Positions 1 through 7,841 of a stretch of 23,193 nt of DNA are shown here, one piece after another; the first letter of the stretch is position 1; each line of letters begins with the position of its first letter. The DNA is from Candidatus Baldrarchaeum yapensis (GTDB lineage Archaea; Asgardarchaeota; Baldrarchaeia; Baldrarchaeales; Baldrarchaeaceae): positions 1 through 23,193 of the forward strand of contig JAEOSH010000035.1 in the NCBI GenBank assembly GCA_016840465.1, given 5' to 3'. The position numbers were made by a program, and so were the translations under genes. A model generated the notes under the pieces. The model saw only the letters and a program-made list of their open reading frames with translations, was not told the DNA's origin and did no database searches.

Positions 1-2
1 AT

Positions 3-1769
3 TTGATTGATATATTAAGATTCAAAATTAGATCAAATGCTAGTGAGAAAATTTTCGGTCTAGGAGTTCAATACAGCAAGATCAATATGAAAGGATCAAG
101 GGTTCCAATCTGGGTTCAAGAACAGGGTATCGGGAGGGGAAAGCTTCCCGATACCGTGCTTCTCAATGCAATTTCTTTCCTTTCTGGAGGATCTTGGTGG
201 ACAACCTACACACCCTTGCCGTTCTTCTTTACTAATTACTATAGGGCATTGTTAGTGGAGAACCCAGAGTACTCGGTATTTGACTTCACAAAGAAAGATA
301 GTATTCAAGTAGAGGTATGGAGCAACTGCATCTCAGCTGTACTTTTCTTCGGAGAAAACTATACCGATCTAATATCCCTCTATACGGACTATATGGGCAG
401 AATGAGGAAATTACCATCGTGGGTGAATAATGGGGCCATCGTTAGGGTCGGCGGAGGGTCGGATAAGGTTAGAGCCGTTGTCAGAAAACTTCTCGAAGAA
501 GGCGTGCCGCTGGCAGGCGTATGGATAGAGGATTGGGGAGGAAGGTGTGTACTTGAAATAAGCGGAGCAAAGTGGTGGACGGTACGGTGGAACTGGGTAC
601 CAGATAGAACACTTTACCCGGACTGGGAAGATCTTATAAGAGAGTTAAACAACTTGGGAGTAAGGGTGATCATTTATTTTAACCCGTATCTAGCAAAACC
701 GCATCCAAACGAAAATTTAAGCAGAAATTTATTTGAAGAAGCATTAACTAGGGGATATTTCGTCAAAAAGGCAAATGGTGAACCATATATACTTGATCTC
801 GGACTTTATCAAGGGGGAATAATCGACCTAACAAACCCAGAAGCAAGAAAATGGTACAAAGAACTGATAAAGAAGCAGATAGAGATCGGCGTATCGGGAT
901 GGATGGCTGATTTCGGAGAATACCTCCCAGTAGATTCTTTGTTATATAACGGATCCACGGGATGGGAATTCCACAACTTGTATCCAGTAGAATGGGCAAA
1001 ATTAAATATGGAAGCAATAAGGGAGGCAAATGCAGAAGGAAATGTAATATTTTTCGTTCGCGCTGGCTTCATCGGAATAACCAGGTTTGCACCACTAACA
1101 TGGTTGGGCGATCAGAGCGTGACATGGGATGAATATGACGGATTGAAATCCGCAGTGATCGGACTGATAACAAGCGGCTTATCCGGAATACAGATAACCC
1201 ATTTGGACATCGGAGGATACTTCTCGGTTAAAACTCCGATCTTGTCATATTTGAGAACTAAGGAACTTTTCATTAGATGGATGGAATTGGCTACATTTAC
1301 ATCCTTCTACAGGACGCACTCAACTAATCTGCCAGAAGATAACATACAGGTTTGGTCCGATAACGAAACAATAGCGTATTTCAAAAATATGACCCTGTTA
1401 TACATAGCACTAACACCCATACGGGAAGACTTACAGGAAGAAGCAGAAGCCACAGGATTGCCGGTTATACGCCCTCTCTTTATCCATTATCCTCACGATC
1501 CGGCAACGTATGAATTGAAATACGAGTTTATGTACGGTCCGGACATAATTGTCAGGCCAGTACTGGATAAAGGAGTTAATGAGGTCGAGGTGTATCTTCC
1601 GGAAGGAAAGTGGATTCACTTATGGACAAATACAACATACACTGTTGGAGTAAATGGGAAGTGGGTAAGAGTCCCCGCACCACTGGGAAAACCTCCAATC
1701 TTCATAAAAGCGGATTCAGAATACTTACCTGTATTATTGAGCCGCTTAAGCCAGATGGGCCTTGTATAA
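3..1769 (+). CDS. yihQ: Glycoside hydrolase family 31, YihQ/sulfoquinovosidase-like alpha-glucosidase (5' end lies outside the window)
   Basis: Frame is open to the window edge. It has the GH31 nucleophile GWMADFGEYLP (Asp at 909-911) and acid/base WLGDQ (Asp at 1110-1112). YihQ-subfamily blocks are present: IFGLGVQYS, WVQEQGIGRGK, WIEDW..RWNW, DLTNPEA, HNLYP..WAK, HLDIGGY, RTKELF.RW, RTH and RPLF.HYP.D. Sulfonate-pocket residues are partly altered (see findings), so the symbol denotes family, not proven function. Confidence 0.9.
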   Translation: MIDILRFKIRSNASEKIFGLGVQYSKINMKGSRVPIWVQEQGIGRGKLPDTVLLNAISFLSGGSWWTTYTPLPFFFTNYYRALLVENPEYSVFDFTKKDSIQVEVWSNCISAVLFFGENYTDLISLYTDYMGRMRKLPSWVNNGAIVRVGGGSDKVRAVVRKLLEEGVPLAGVWIEDWGGRCVLEISGAKWWTVRWNWVPDRTLYPDWEDLIRELNNLGVRVIIYFNPYLAKPHPNENLSRNLFEEALTRGYFVKKANGEPYILDLGLYQGGIIDLTNPEARKWYKELIKKQIEIGVSGWMADFGEYLPVDSLLYNGSTGWEFHNLYPVEWAKLNMEAIREANAEGNVIFFVRAGFIGITRFAPLTWLGDQSVTWDEYDGLKSAVIGLITSGLSGIQITHLDIGGYFSVKTPILSYLRTKELFIRWMELATFTSFYRTHSTNLPEDNIQVWSDNETIAYFKNMTLLYIALTPIREDLQEEAEATGLPVIRPLFIHYPHDPATYELKYEFMYGPDIIVRPVLDKGVNEVEVYLPEGKWIHLWTNTTYTVGVNGKWVRVPAPLGKPPIFIKADSEYLPVLLSRLSQMGLV

Positions 1770-1803
1770 TAGTATAAAGTATGTACTTCTGAAAATTTCT
1801 GGA

Positions 1804-1935
1804 TTGAACATTTATAGTCTATTCCACCATTTCCGCCTCACCGAGAAGGGATACAGAAAGTATCGTGAGGAACTGGAAAAGATAAGCTTCGTTCCCATCT
1901 ATCTCGATAAGGTGAGGAGGGAAGGATTCTCGTAA
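1804..1935 (+). pseudogene. Possible 3' remnant of a gene (43 codons, contains FRLTEKG)
   Basis: Reads HFRLTEKGYRKYREELEKISFVPIYLDKVRREGFS* with protein-like composition. LTEKG resembles a wHTH wing motif. There is no convincing start, and it lies where the AT-rich GH31 block ends. Confidence 0.2.
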
Positions 1936-1950
1936 TTCTCGATACGCCGC

Positions 1951-2829
1951 CTAGATGAACAGAAACCTGTTCCTAATAGTTCCTATCCTTTCTATGGAGA
2001 TCTCGACCACATCCCCGTGCTTCAGCAGTTTCGGCTCGGGCTTGTAAAAGTAGCCCACCCCCTCGGGGGTCCCGGTCGCCACTATGTCCCCGGGCTCGAA
2101 GGTCATCCCCTTGCTGAGTATGTGTATTATGTCATGGACCTTGAACACCATGTTCGCCGTGCTGGAGTCCTGCCTGATTTCCCCATTGACCCTCGTCGTC
2201 AGCCTCAGCGTGTGAGGATCCCCGATCTCGTCTCGGGTGATTATCCAGGGTCCTATCGGGGCAAACTTGTCAAGACTCTTCCCCCGCGTCCACTGCCCGT
2301 CCTTAAATTGTAGGTCCCTCGCCGAAACGTCGTTAAAGACCATGTATCCGAAAACATACTCATATGCGTCCTCCTTACTTATCCTCTTACCCCGTTTTCC
2401 AATAACGAATGCCAGTTCTCCCTCGTAATCGACCATCCTGGTATAATCGCTAGGAATTTCTATGTCGTCGTAAGGACCCGCTATCGAGGTGCGCGGCTTC
2501 ATGAAGACCACCGGCTCCTCGGGTATTTTACTCACACCCTCCCTCACGTGTCCCACATAATTCCAGCCTAGGCAGATGATTTTAGGAGGATCCGTGAGTG
2601 GAGCCAACAATCTCACGTCAGCGAGTTTAATTCCATTCCTCGATGCTTTTTCAAGCTTCCTCTTTCCCGTTAGAACTTCTGCAATAAGTTCGCTCTCTAT
2701 GAATTTCTCAACGGTTTCCGGAAGATCAATTCCCAATATTCTAGAAACGGCGCTGAAATCCAAAATTCTGTCCCCGAATACAAATCCATACGTCACCTGT
2801 CCCTCGTATTTGAACCTAGCAACTTTCAT
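1951..2829 (-). CDS. Fumarylacetoacetate hydrolase (FAH) family protein
   Basis: Motifs IICLGWNYVGH, PVVFMKP, DYEGELAFVIG, NDVSARDLQ, WTRGKS.D.F.P.GP and GDIVATGTPEGVG. Start moved to the ATG at 2829 (MKVARF), which has GGTGGT just upstream. Confidence 0.93.
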   Translation of the reverse strand: MKVARFKYEGQVTYGFVFGDRILDFSAVSRILGIDLPETVEKFIESELIAEVLTGKRKLEKASRNGIKLADVRLLAPLTDPPKIICLGWNYVGHVREGVSKIPEEPVVFMKPRTSIAGPYDDIEIPSDYTRMVDYEGELAFVIGKRGKRISKEDAYEYVFGYMVFNDVSARDLQFKDGQWTRGKSLDKFAPIGPWIITRDEIGDPHTLRLTTRVNGEIRQDSSTANMVFKVHDIIHILSKGMTFEPGDIVATGTPEGVGYFYKPEPKLLKHGDVVEISIERIGTIRNRFLFI

Positions 2830-3293
2830 GGAACCACCATATCGGCCTTTAAGATTTTGATGCTCACCGTTCACGATTAGATGCAGCATTGGGAATATAA
2901 GAGAAGCTATCTCAATAATTTTTCCCAGGCCCTGAGGGCTCCTATTATTGGAGTCGGCGCACAGGTGGAATCAGGAATGGGGAGAAGATCAAAACTTAAG
3001 GATCTGGAATTCATGTTCACATTCGTCCCCATGCTGATATCGCTCAAAATGTTTATGTGGTGGCGTAGTGGCATTTTGCGAGCTACTTACCATCAACACT
3101 CTTCCTTCATTCTGGGAGCAATCCGTGGGAAATCTCCGTGATGTTTTAATAACTCTTTAGACCAGTGGATCGGCGCTACCCTATTTTTCGATGGAAACCT
3201 CCCGCACAGGATCATCAGGACAATACGATAAGTTCCGTACATTTTAAGTACTTAGAACGGAATAAGAGAATTAAAAAACAAATGGTGAGGTAG

Positions 3294-4577
3294 TTGCTTC
3301 GCATTTTTCCGAGGAAGATTGGAGTGAAAAACTTCAAGTCCCTTAGAGATGTCGAAATTGACCTGACAAAGGTAAATATCGTTATAGGGCCAAACGGCAG
3401 CGGGAAAACCAGCCTTGTGGAGGCACTCTATCTCTTAAAGCTTATAGTGGAGCATGTGAGGGGGAGGGTGATAAATCCCTTCCTTGAATGGTGGGGGTAC
3501 CAGGAAGTAGTATGGAATCACGATGAAAAACTCAATATAGAGCTATGTGTGGGGTTCGACATCGAATTCGGACCAGAGGGATTTCTTTCAAAACTGATCA
3601 AGAAGTTCGAAAACACCGATCATCTTTCGCTAAAAAATGTCTCGTATAGAATTTCGGTTACGGGGAAGGGAGGAAGATTCCAGATACTCCGTGAAGAGAT
3701 AGGCTTCAGGAATTTGAAAGTAATTTCAGAAATGGGAGCCTATAAAGTGATGTTTTCCGGGAAAGAGTTCCCCATAGGCGAAGATATATACGAGCCCACG
3801 TTTTTGCATTTAGTATTCGAAGGCATGCGGCTGTACATGCACGAAGATCCTGAAAGTCGCGTGGAGCATGTGATCGAACATTTATGGGGCAATTATGCCC
3901 TACTGCCCAACAATATTGATGGAATCTACGATTTGGCACTACCAGTAATTTTGACATCGATTTATGCCCTCATGGATAGCATGGCTATACTCAGAATAGT
4001 TAACTATGATGCCATGAAGGAGCCATCCAAGCATATAGCTGTCGAGGCACTCTCGATGGATGCAAGTAACCTTCCATCGCTGATTCTCACCCTCTACGGG
4101 GGCAATATCCCAGATAATGTGATCTCGTCGATCGCTTATATCTTAGGCGAAGACGAAAAACGCATAAAGCTGGGTATCAGACCAACCACGGATGGGCGGT
4201 CCTTCCTGACGCTTACAATCGGAAACATCGAGCATCTGCCTCCATCCATACCCGATGGTGTACTTAAAATGCTAGCAATGGAGATCGCGATCGACCAGAG
4301 AGTACCGTTGCTTGTAGTGGACGAAATAGAAAACTCGTTGCATGCCAAGGCGATCCACAGGCTACTGGATGATATCAGAAACTCGAGTACAACGTTGCTC
4401 GCTACGACCCATAGTCCGGCCGTGATAGACATAGTCAAACCGGAGGAAATTATAATTTTGGAGAGGAAGGACACCGAAACTACTGCTAGCAGGATATCCG
4501 ATCCGAAGAAATTGTCTAATAAGCTTAAGGACTTGGGAGTAACTTTAAGTGAGTACCTTACATACATCCGACCATGA
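3294..4577 (+). CDS. ABC-type ATPase of the AAA_15/AAA_21 (SMC/OLD/AbiEii-like) class
   Basis: N-terminal VKNFKSL, Walker A GPNGSGKTS, signature-equivalent SIPDG, Walker B/D-loop VVDEIENSLH and H-loop TTHSP. GGTGAGG lies upstream of the TTG start. Confidence 0.9.
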   Translation: MLRIFPRKIGVKNFKSLRDVEIDLTKVNIVIGPNGSGKTSLVEALYLLKLIVEHVRGRVINPFLEWWGYQEVVWNHDEKLNIELCVGFDIEFGPEGFLSKLIKKFENTDHLSLKNVSYRISVTGKGGRFQILREEIGFRNLKVISEMGAYKVMFSGKEFPIGEDIYEPTFLHLVFEGMRLYMHEDPESRVEHVIEHLWGNYALLPNNIDGIYDLALPVILTSIYALMDSMAILRIVNYDAMKEPSKHIAVEALSMDASNLPSLILTLYGGNIPDNVISSIAYILGEDEKRIKLGIRPTTDGRSFLTLTIGNIEHLPPSIPDGVLKMLAMEIAIDQRVPLLVVDEIENSLHAKAIHRLLDDIRNSSTTLLATTHSPAVIDIVKPEEIIILERKDTETTASRISDPKKLSNKLKDLGVTLSEYLTYIRP

Positions 4578-5074
4578 AACTTCTCTACGTAGAGGACACA
4601 TATGCCGAAGAAGCACTGAAAATGCTTGTCGAGAAACTTAAGGAAATGAATATAATAGAACGTGGAATGAAGGTCGTGGTTAAGTTTATACCCGGTTTAT
4701 GCAGTACAAAGTTCGAACGCGTATTAAAAGCGGCATCTGAGGAGTATGAGAAGGTCATAATACTCATAGATGGTCATGGAGACCCTGATGGTGCTAAAAA
4801 GAGGGAGGAGGAGCACTTACCGAGAGAGGAGAAACTTAGAGAAAAAATTGTTATTGTCGTAAACAGGTATGAAATCGAAGAGTGGATACTTTATGCGAAA
4901 GGAATACCTCAAGATCCGGCGCCAAGTAAGAAACTCTGGGAGATTACTCGTGGGAACTATACAAAAAGGAATTTGCCAAGAGAAATCGAGAAAATCCTAA
5001 GAAACGAGGATGAACTGAAGAAGTTGCTTTCGTACTCCGTACTACAGATATTATTGAGGGCCTTAACTTCATGA
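4574..5074 (+). CDS. TOPRIM-like protein (DUF4276/RloB/DUF4435-like) coupled to the ATPase
   Basis: ATGA overlap with the ATPase stop (4574-4577). Motifs LLYVED (TOPRIM Glu position), IILIDGHGD (DxD position) and YEIEEWIL (ExExW) match the pattern of ATPase-associated TOPRIM-like proteins. Confidence 0.7.
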   Translation: MKLLYVEDTYAEEALKMLVEKLKEMNIIERGMKVVVKFIPGLCSTKFERVLKAASEEYEKVIILIDGHGDPDGAKKREEEHLPREEKLREKIVIVVNRYEIEEWILYAKGIPQDPAPSKKLWEITRGNYTKRNLPREIEKILRNEDELKKLLSYSVLQILLRALTS

Positions 5075-5320
5075 TCACGGGTAAAACAGGGAATATTTCC
5101 TAAATAGAGAGATAATCACATAGTATCATCAAAAATCACCACTACTGGTCAATACCCAAACGAAACGTTTGATTCTTTCTGTTTGTGGAAGTAGAGTTTC
5201 TTCTTTAATCAATTCTTCGTAAAGATGCTCTACTGTTTGGTAACCGAGTGGTTTATTGACTAAACTTAATAAGTATCGAGCCCCTTCTAAGTCTTGAGTT
5301 ATTGTATAGGCTATAAGGGG
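5060..5320 (-). pseudogene. Probable decayed PIN-domain (VapC-like) gene
   Basis: Reads GARYLLSLVNKPLGYQTVEHLYEELIK...GDF. After one extra T in a T run it continues DDTM*LSLYLGNIPCFTRDHE, which resembles the PIN C-terminal D.DD..L.LA...IP..T.D pattern. It has an internal stop, no N-terminal DTN motif and AT-rich DNA. Confidence 0.3.
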
Positions 5321-5329
5321 ACTACCTGC

Positions 5330-6250
5330 ATGTATGATGACGTGAAGGGCATAATTTTTAATATTCAAAGGTTCTCTCTCCACGACGGACCCGGCATCCG
5401 AACCACTGTTTTCTTGAAGGGATGCCCGCTACGTTGTGTGTGGTGCCACAACCCCGAGTCGCAATCACCGTTTCCCGAACTAATGTTCGATGAAGAAAAG
5501 TGCACGGGCTGTGGAAAATGCATCGAAGTTTGCGAAAGGGGTGCCATCGTTGGTCTTAAAAACACTAAGGTGAAGATTCTGAGAAATAGGTGCAATGCGT
5601 GCGGAAGGTGTGAGGCCGTTTGCCACTTCGAAGCACTGAAAGTTGTGGGGCGAGTTATCACAGTAAGAGACGTGATCAGGGAGGTTCTGAGAGATCTGCC
5701 GTTCTACAAAAACTCAAATGGGGGTGTAACTGCGTCGGGCGGCGAACCCCTCTTTCAACCCGATTTCACGGAGGCCCTCTTTAGGGCAGCGAGGAGTGAG
5801 GGAATAAATACGGCTCTCGACACGAGCGGCTTTGCGAAGTGGAGCGTCTTCGAAAGGGTGCTCAGGGTCACCGACTTTCTCCTTTATGACATCAAAGGGA
5901 TGGACCCGGAGAGGCATAAAAGGTACACGGGGGTGTCAAACGACCTCATCTTGGAAAACCTCATCAGGGCCGATAGGATGGGAGTGCCGATATTCATAAG
6001 GGTGCCGGTAATCCCCGATGCGAACTTCAAGGGAGATGACGATTTCAGGAAACTGGCAGAATTTTTATCCGGTTTAGAGAGCGTGGAGCGCATCGACCTC
6101 TTGCCTTACCATACGCTTGGAGAGCCTAAGGCGAAGAAACTGGGTCGACCGTTCATCAGATTCAGGGAGCCCGATGAGGCTTTTCTTGCGAAGTTTAAAG
6201 AGGTTTTAGAGAGTATCGGGTTAAGAGTCACGATCGGAGGTCTTGCATAG
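5330..6250 (+). CDS. Glycyl-radical enzyme activating protein (radical SAM, long form with 2x[4Fe-4S] ferredoxin insert)
   Basis: GIIFNIQRFSLHDGPGIRTTVFLKGCPLRCVWCHNPES (CxxxCxxC), ferredoxin motifs CTGCGKCIEVC and CNACGRCEAVC, then SGGEP, DTSG, YDIK and LLPYH. ATG at 5330 is preferred over TTG at 5294. Confidence 0.93.
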   Translation: MYDDVKGIIFNIQRFSLHDGPGIRTTVFLKGCPLRCVWCHNPESQSPFPELMFDEEKCTGCGKCIEVCERGAIVGLKNTKVKILRNRCNACGRCEAVCHFEALKVVGRVITVRDVIREVLRDLPFYKNSNGGVTASGGEPLFQPDFTEALFRAARSEGINTALDTSGFAKWSVFERVLRVTDFLLYDIKGMDPERHKRYTGVSNDLILENLIRADRMGVPIFIRVPVIPDANFKGDDDFRKLAEFLSGLESVERIDLLPYHTLGEPKAKKLGRPFIRFREPDEAFLAKFKEVLESIGLRVTIGGLA

Positions 6251-6344
6251 AGCATGTGATAGAATGCTGTTACGGCTGGTATTATCGTAGGTTTTTTATT
6301 CCATCAGCGCGTAGAAAGAGTGGGACTTCTTCCCAGAACGAAGG

Positions 6345-6842
6345 GTGCCGGACTTGAGTGGCGAAGATGTAGAACAGGTGGAGTTCGAGATAGAGGCTAT
6401 AGAGACGCCAGCAGGCCGTGTGCCCACCGTTGAGACGATAAAAAAACTTGTAGAGTACTTCAACACGTTAGGCAACACGATACGTCATCTTAGAAAACTA
6501 TTGACAGAGTTCGGGATGTCGATAGAGAACGCCCTCAAACTCGTCGCAAATGGGCTGGTGAAGATAGAGGAGAGGGTGAGAACAGAGGTAGGAGTTATCC
6601 GTCAGATGATCTCCGACCTTGCAATATCCTTAGAAAACCTGAAGGAATCTCTGGAAAAGGGGCAACAAGTACGCGAAGAGGGCGGAGAGAGAGCGATGGC
6701 CGTAGAAGTATCGACGACGGCAACAAACACCCCCTCGTCCGAGGATATCGCAAGGCTCGAGATGCTACTAATCGAGATCTCCGAGAAACTTGAGGAACTG
6801 ATAATAGAGTTGAAGTCGAAGTTGAAGTCGCCTGGCTTCTGA
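6345..6842 (+). CDS. Hypothetical coiled-coil protein, 165 aa
   Basis: Long ORF with Glu/Leu/Ile-rich amphipathic helices, acidic N-terminus and codon usage like its neighbours. No family recognised. Confidence 0.7.
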   Translation: MPDLSGEDVEQVEFEIEAIETPAGRVPTVETIKKLVEYFNTLGNTIRHLRKLLTEFGMSIENALKLVANGLVKIEERVRTEVGVIRQMISDLAISLENLKESLEKGQQVREEGGERAMAVEVSTTATNTPSSEDIARLEMLLIEISEKLEELIIELKSKLKSPGF

Positions 6843-7160
6843 TAGTTCGCGATCTGCGGAAATAAATTTTAGACCGCCACTCAATATTATGGACATTTCA
6901 TTGGGCCTAAGGGGGAGGTAGGCATATTAATGTCGAGGAGTTCGGTAGAGGTCAGTGGAGTGGCATTTCTCCGATGCAAAAGATACAGTTTGAAACATTT
7001 AAACGTTTCTGCCCCCGATTCATCTTTCTGATCCACGAAATCAGGATCCTGAGCACGACGCCGATAAAGATCCCGAAGAAGGAACAGGTGGCGTGTGCCG
7101 ATCGCCCTGATGCCTAGTAACCCCGGTCCGGAGGCAGCCGTGCCGCCAGTGAAGGATCGG

Positions 7161-7496
7161 ATGAGGAGAAAGTCCTGCGGTCGTACAGTCTCAAATAAAA
7201 GAGACGGTAGGGACAAACGGAAGTTGGAGAACTTCCACTTCGATAGGAAATACTTCGTGATAGCAGTGAACGTCCTACTCATTACTTCTTTCATAACATC
7301 GCTGATACTGTACACCGCGGTGTACTCTCCGCCGGAGGACAGCTGGATGTACGTTCTGTGCACCTCGATATCATTCGGGTGGACCTTCAATGACATCTTC
7401 AACCAGGGGATAAAGTTCAAGTGGTCGTGGTGGTTGGCAACTCCTCTTGCTCCTAAACCTTCGAACATTGAAGAAAATTCGAGAAATTCAAAATAA
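7161..7496 (+). CDS. Putative small membrane protein (region unresolved, possibly frameshifted)
   Basis: Basic N-terminus followed by hydrophobic YFVIAVNVLLITSFITSLILYTAVY. Adjacent frames hold further TM-like text (VVVVVG, LLLLLNLRTLKK). It competes with minus-strand ORF 6887..7636. Confidence 0.3.
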   Translation: MRRKSCGRTVSNKRDGRDKRKLENFHFDRKYFVIAVNVLLITSFITSLILYTAVYSPPEDSWMYVLCTSISFGWTFNDIFNQGIKFKWSWWLATPLAPKPSNIEENSRNSK

Positions 7497-7752
7497 CACG
7501 AAAAACATAGATAGAGATACAAAAACGAGAATGCTTCATCGAAAATTAGTACTAGTGTTAATCCGATCAAAATTGACGGTGCGAGAGTTACATCATCCAT
7601 CCAACTGAACATACATCCATCGAACCGCGCTTCCATTCAAAAGTGTTATTTTTTATGCGACCACCATATTAATAGGAGAAGGGAAGTATGCTGATATGAT
7701 AAACACGCCGTTGCATCCTCGGAATCGCCGCCACTCATACCATTAAATGGTA

Positions 7753-7813
7753 TTTTACAACAAATAACAATTTTACGTCTTTTACCGCAAGTTAGTATTT
7801 TACCGACGTAAAA
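7753..7813. promoter_or_regulatory. Array of TTTTAC boxes (4 direct + 1 inverted) with a 9-bp inverted repeat; candidate operator
   Basis: TTTTAC at 7753, 7771, 7780 and 7798, and GTAAAA at 7808. TTTTACGTC (7771-7779) and GACGTAAAA (7805-7813) form a perfect inverted repeat. It ends about 30 nt upstream of the multi-wHTH gene. Confidence 0.45.
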
Positions 7814-7841
7814 GTTAATTTTTGTTCCCCTCCATAAAATC

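Noticed and set aside
2881-3141. 86-aa plus-strand ORF
   Set aside because: No motif, no RBS, atypical composition, and it overlaps the probable FAH promoter region.
6887-7636. 249-aa minus-strand ORF as a single real gene
   Set aside because: Patchy low-information sequence with no family signal. Better TM-like text lies in other frames.
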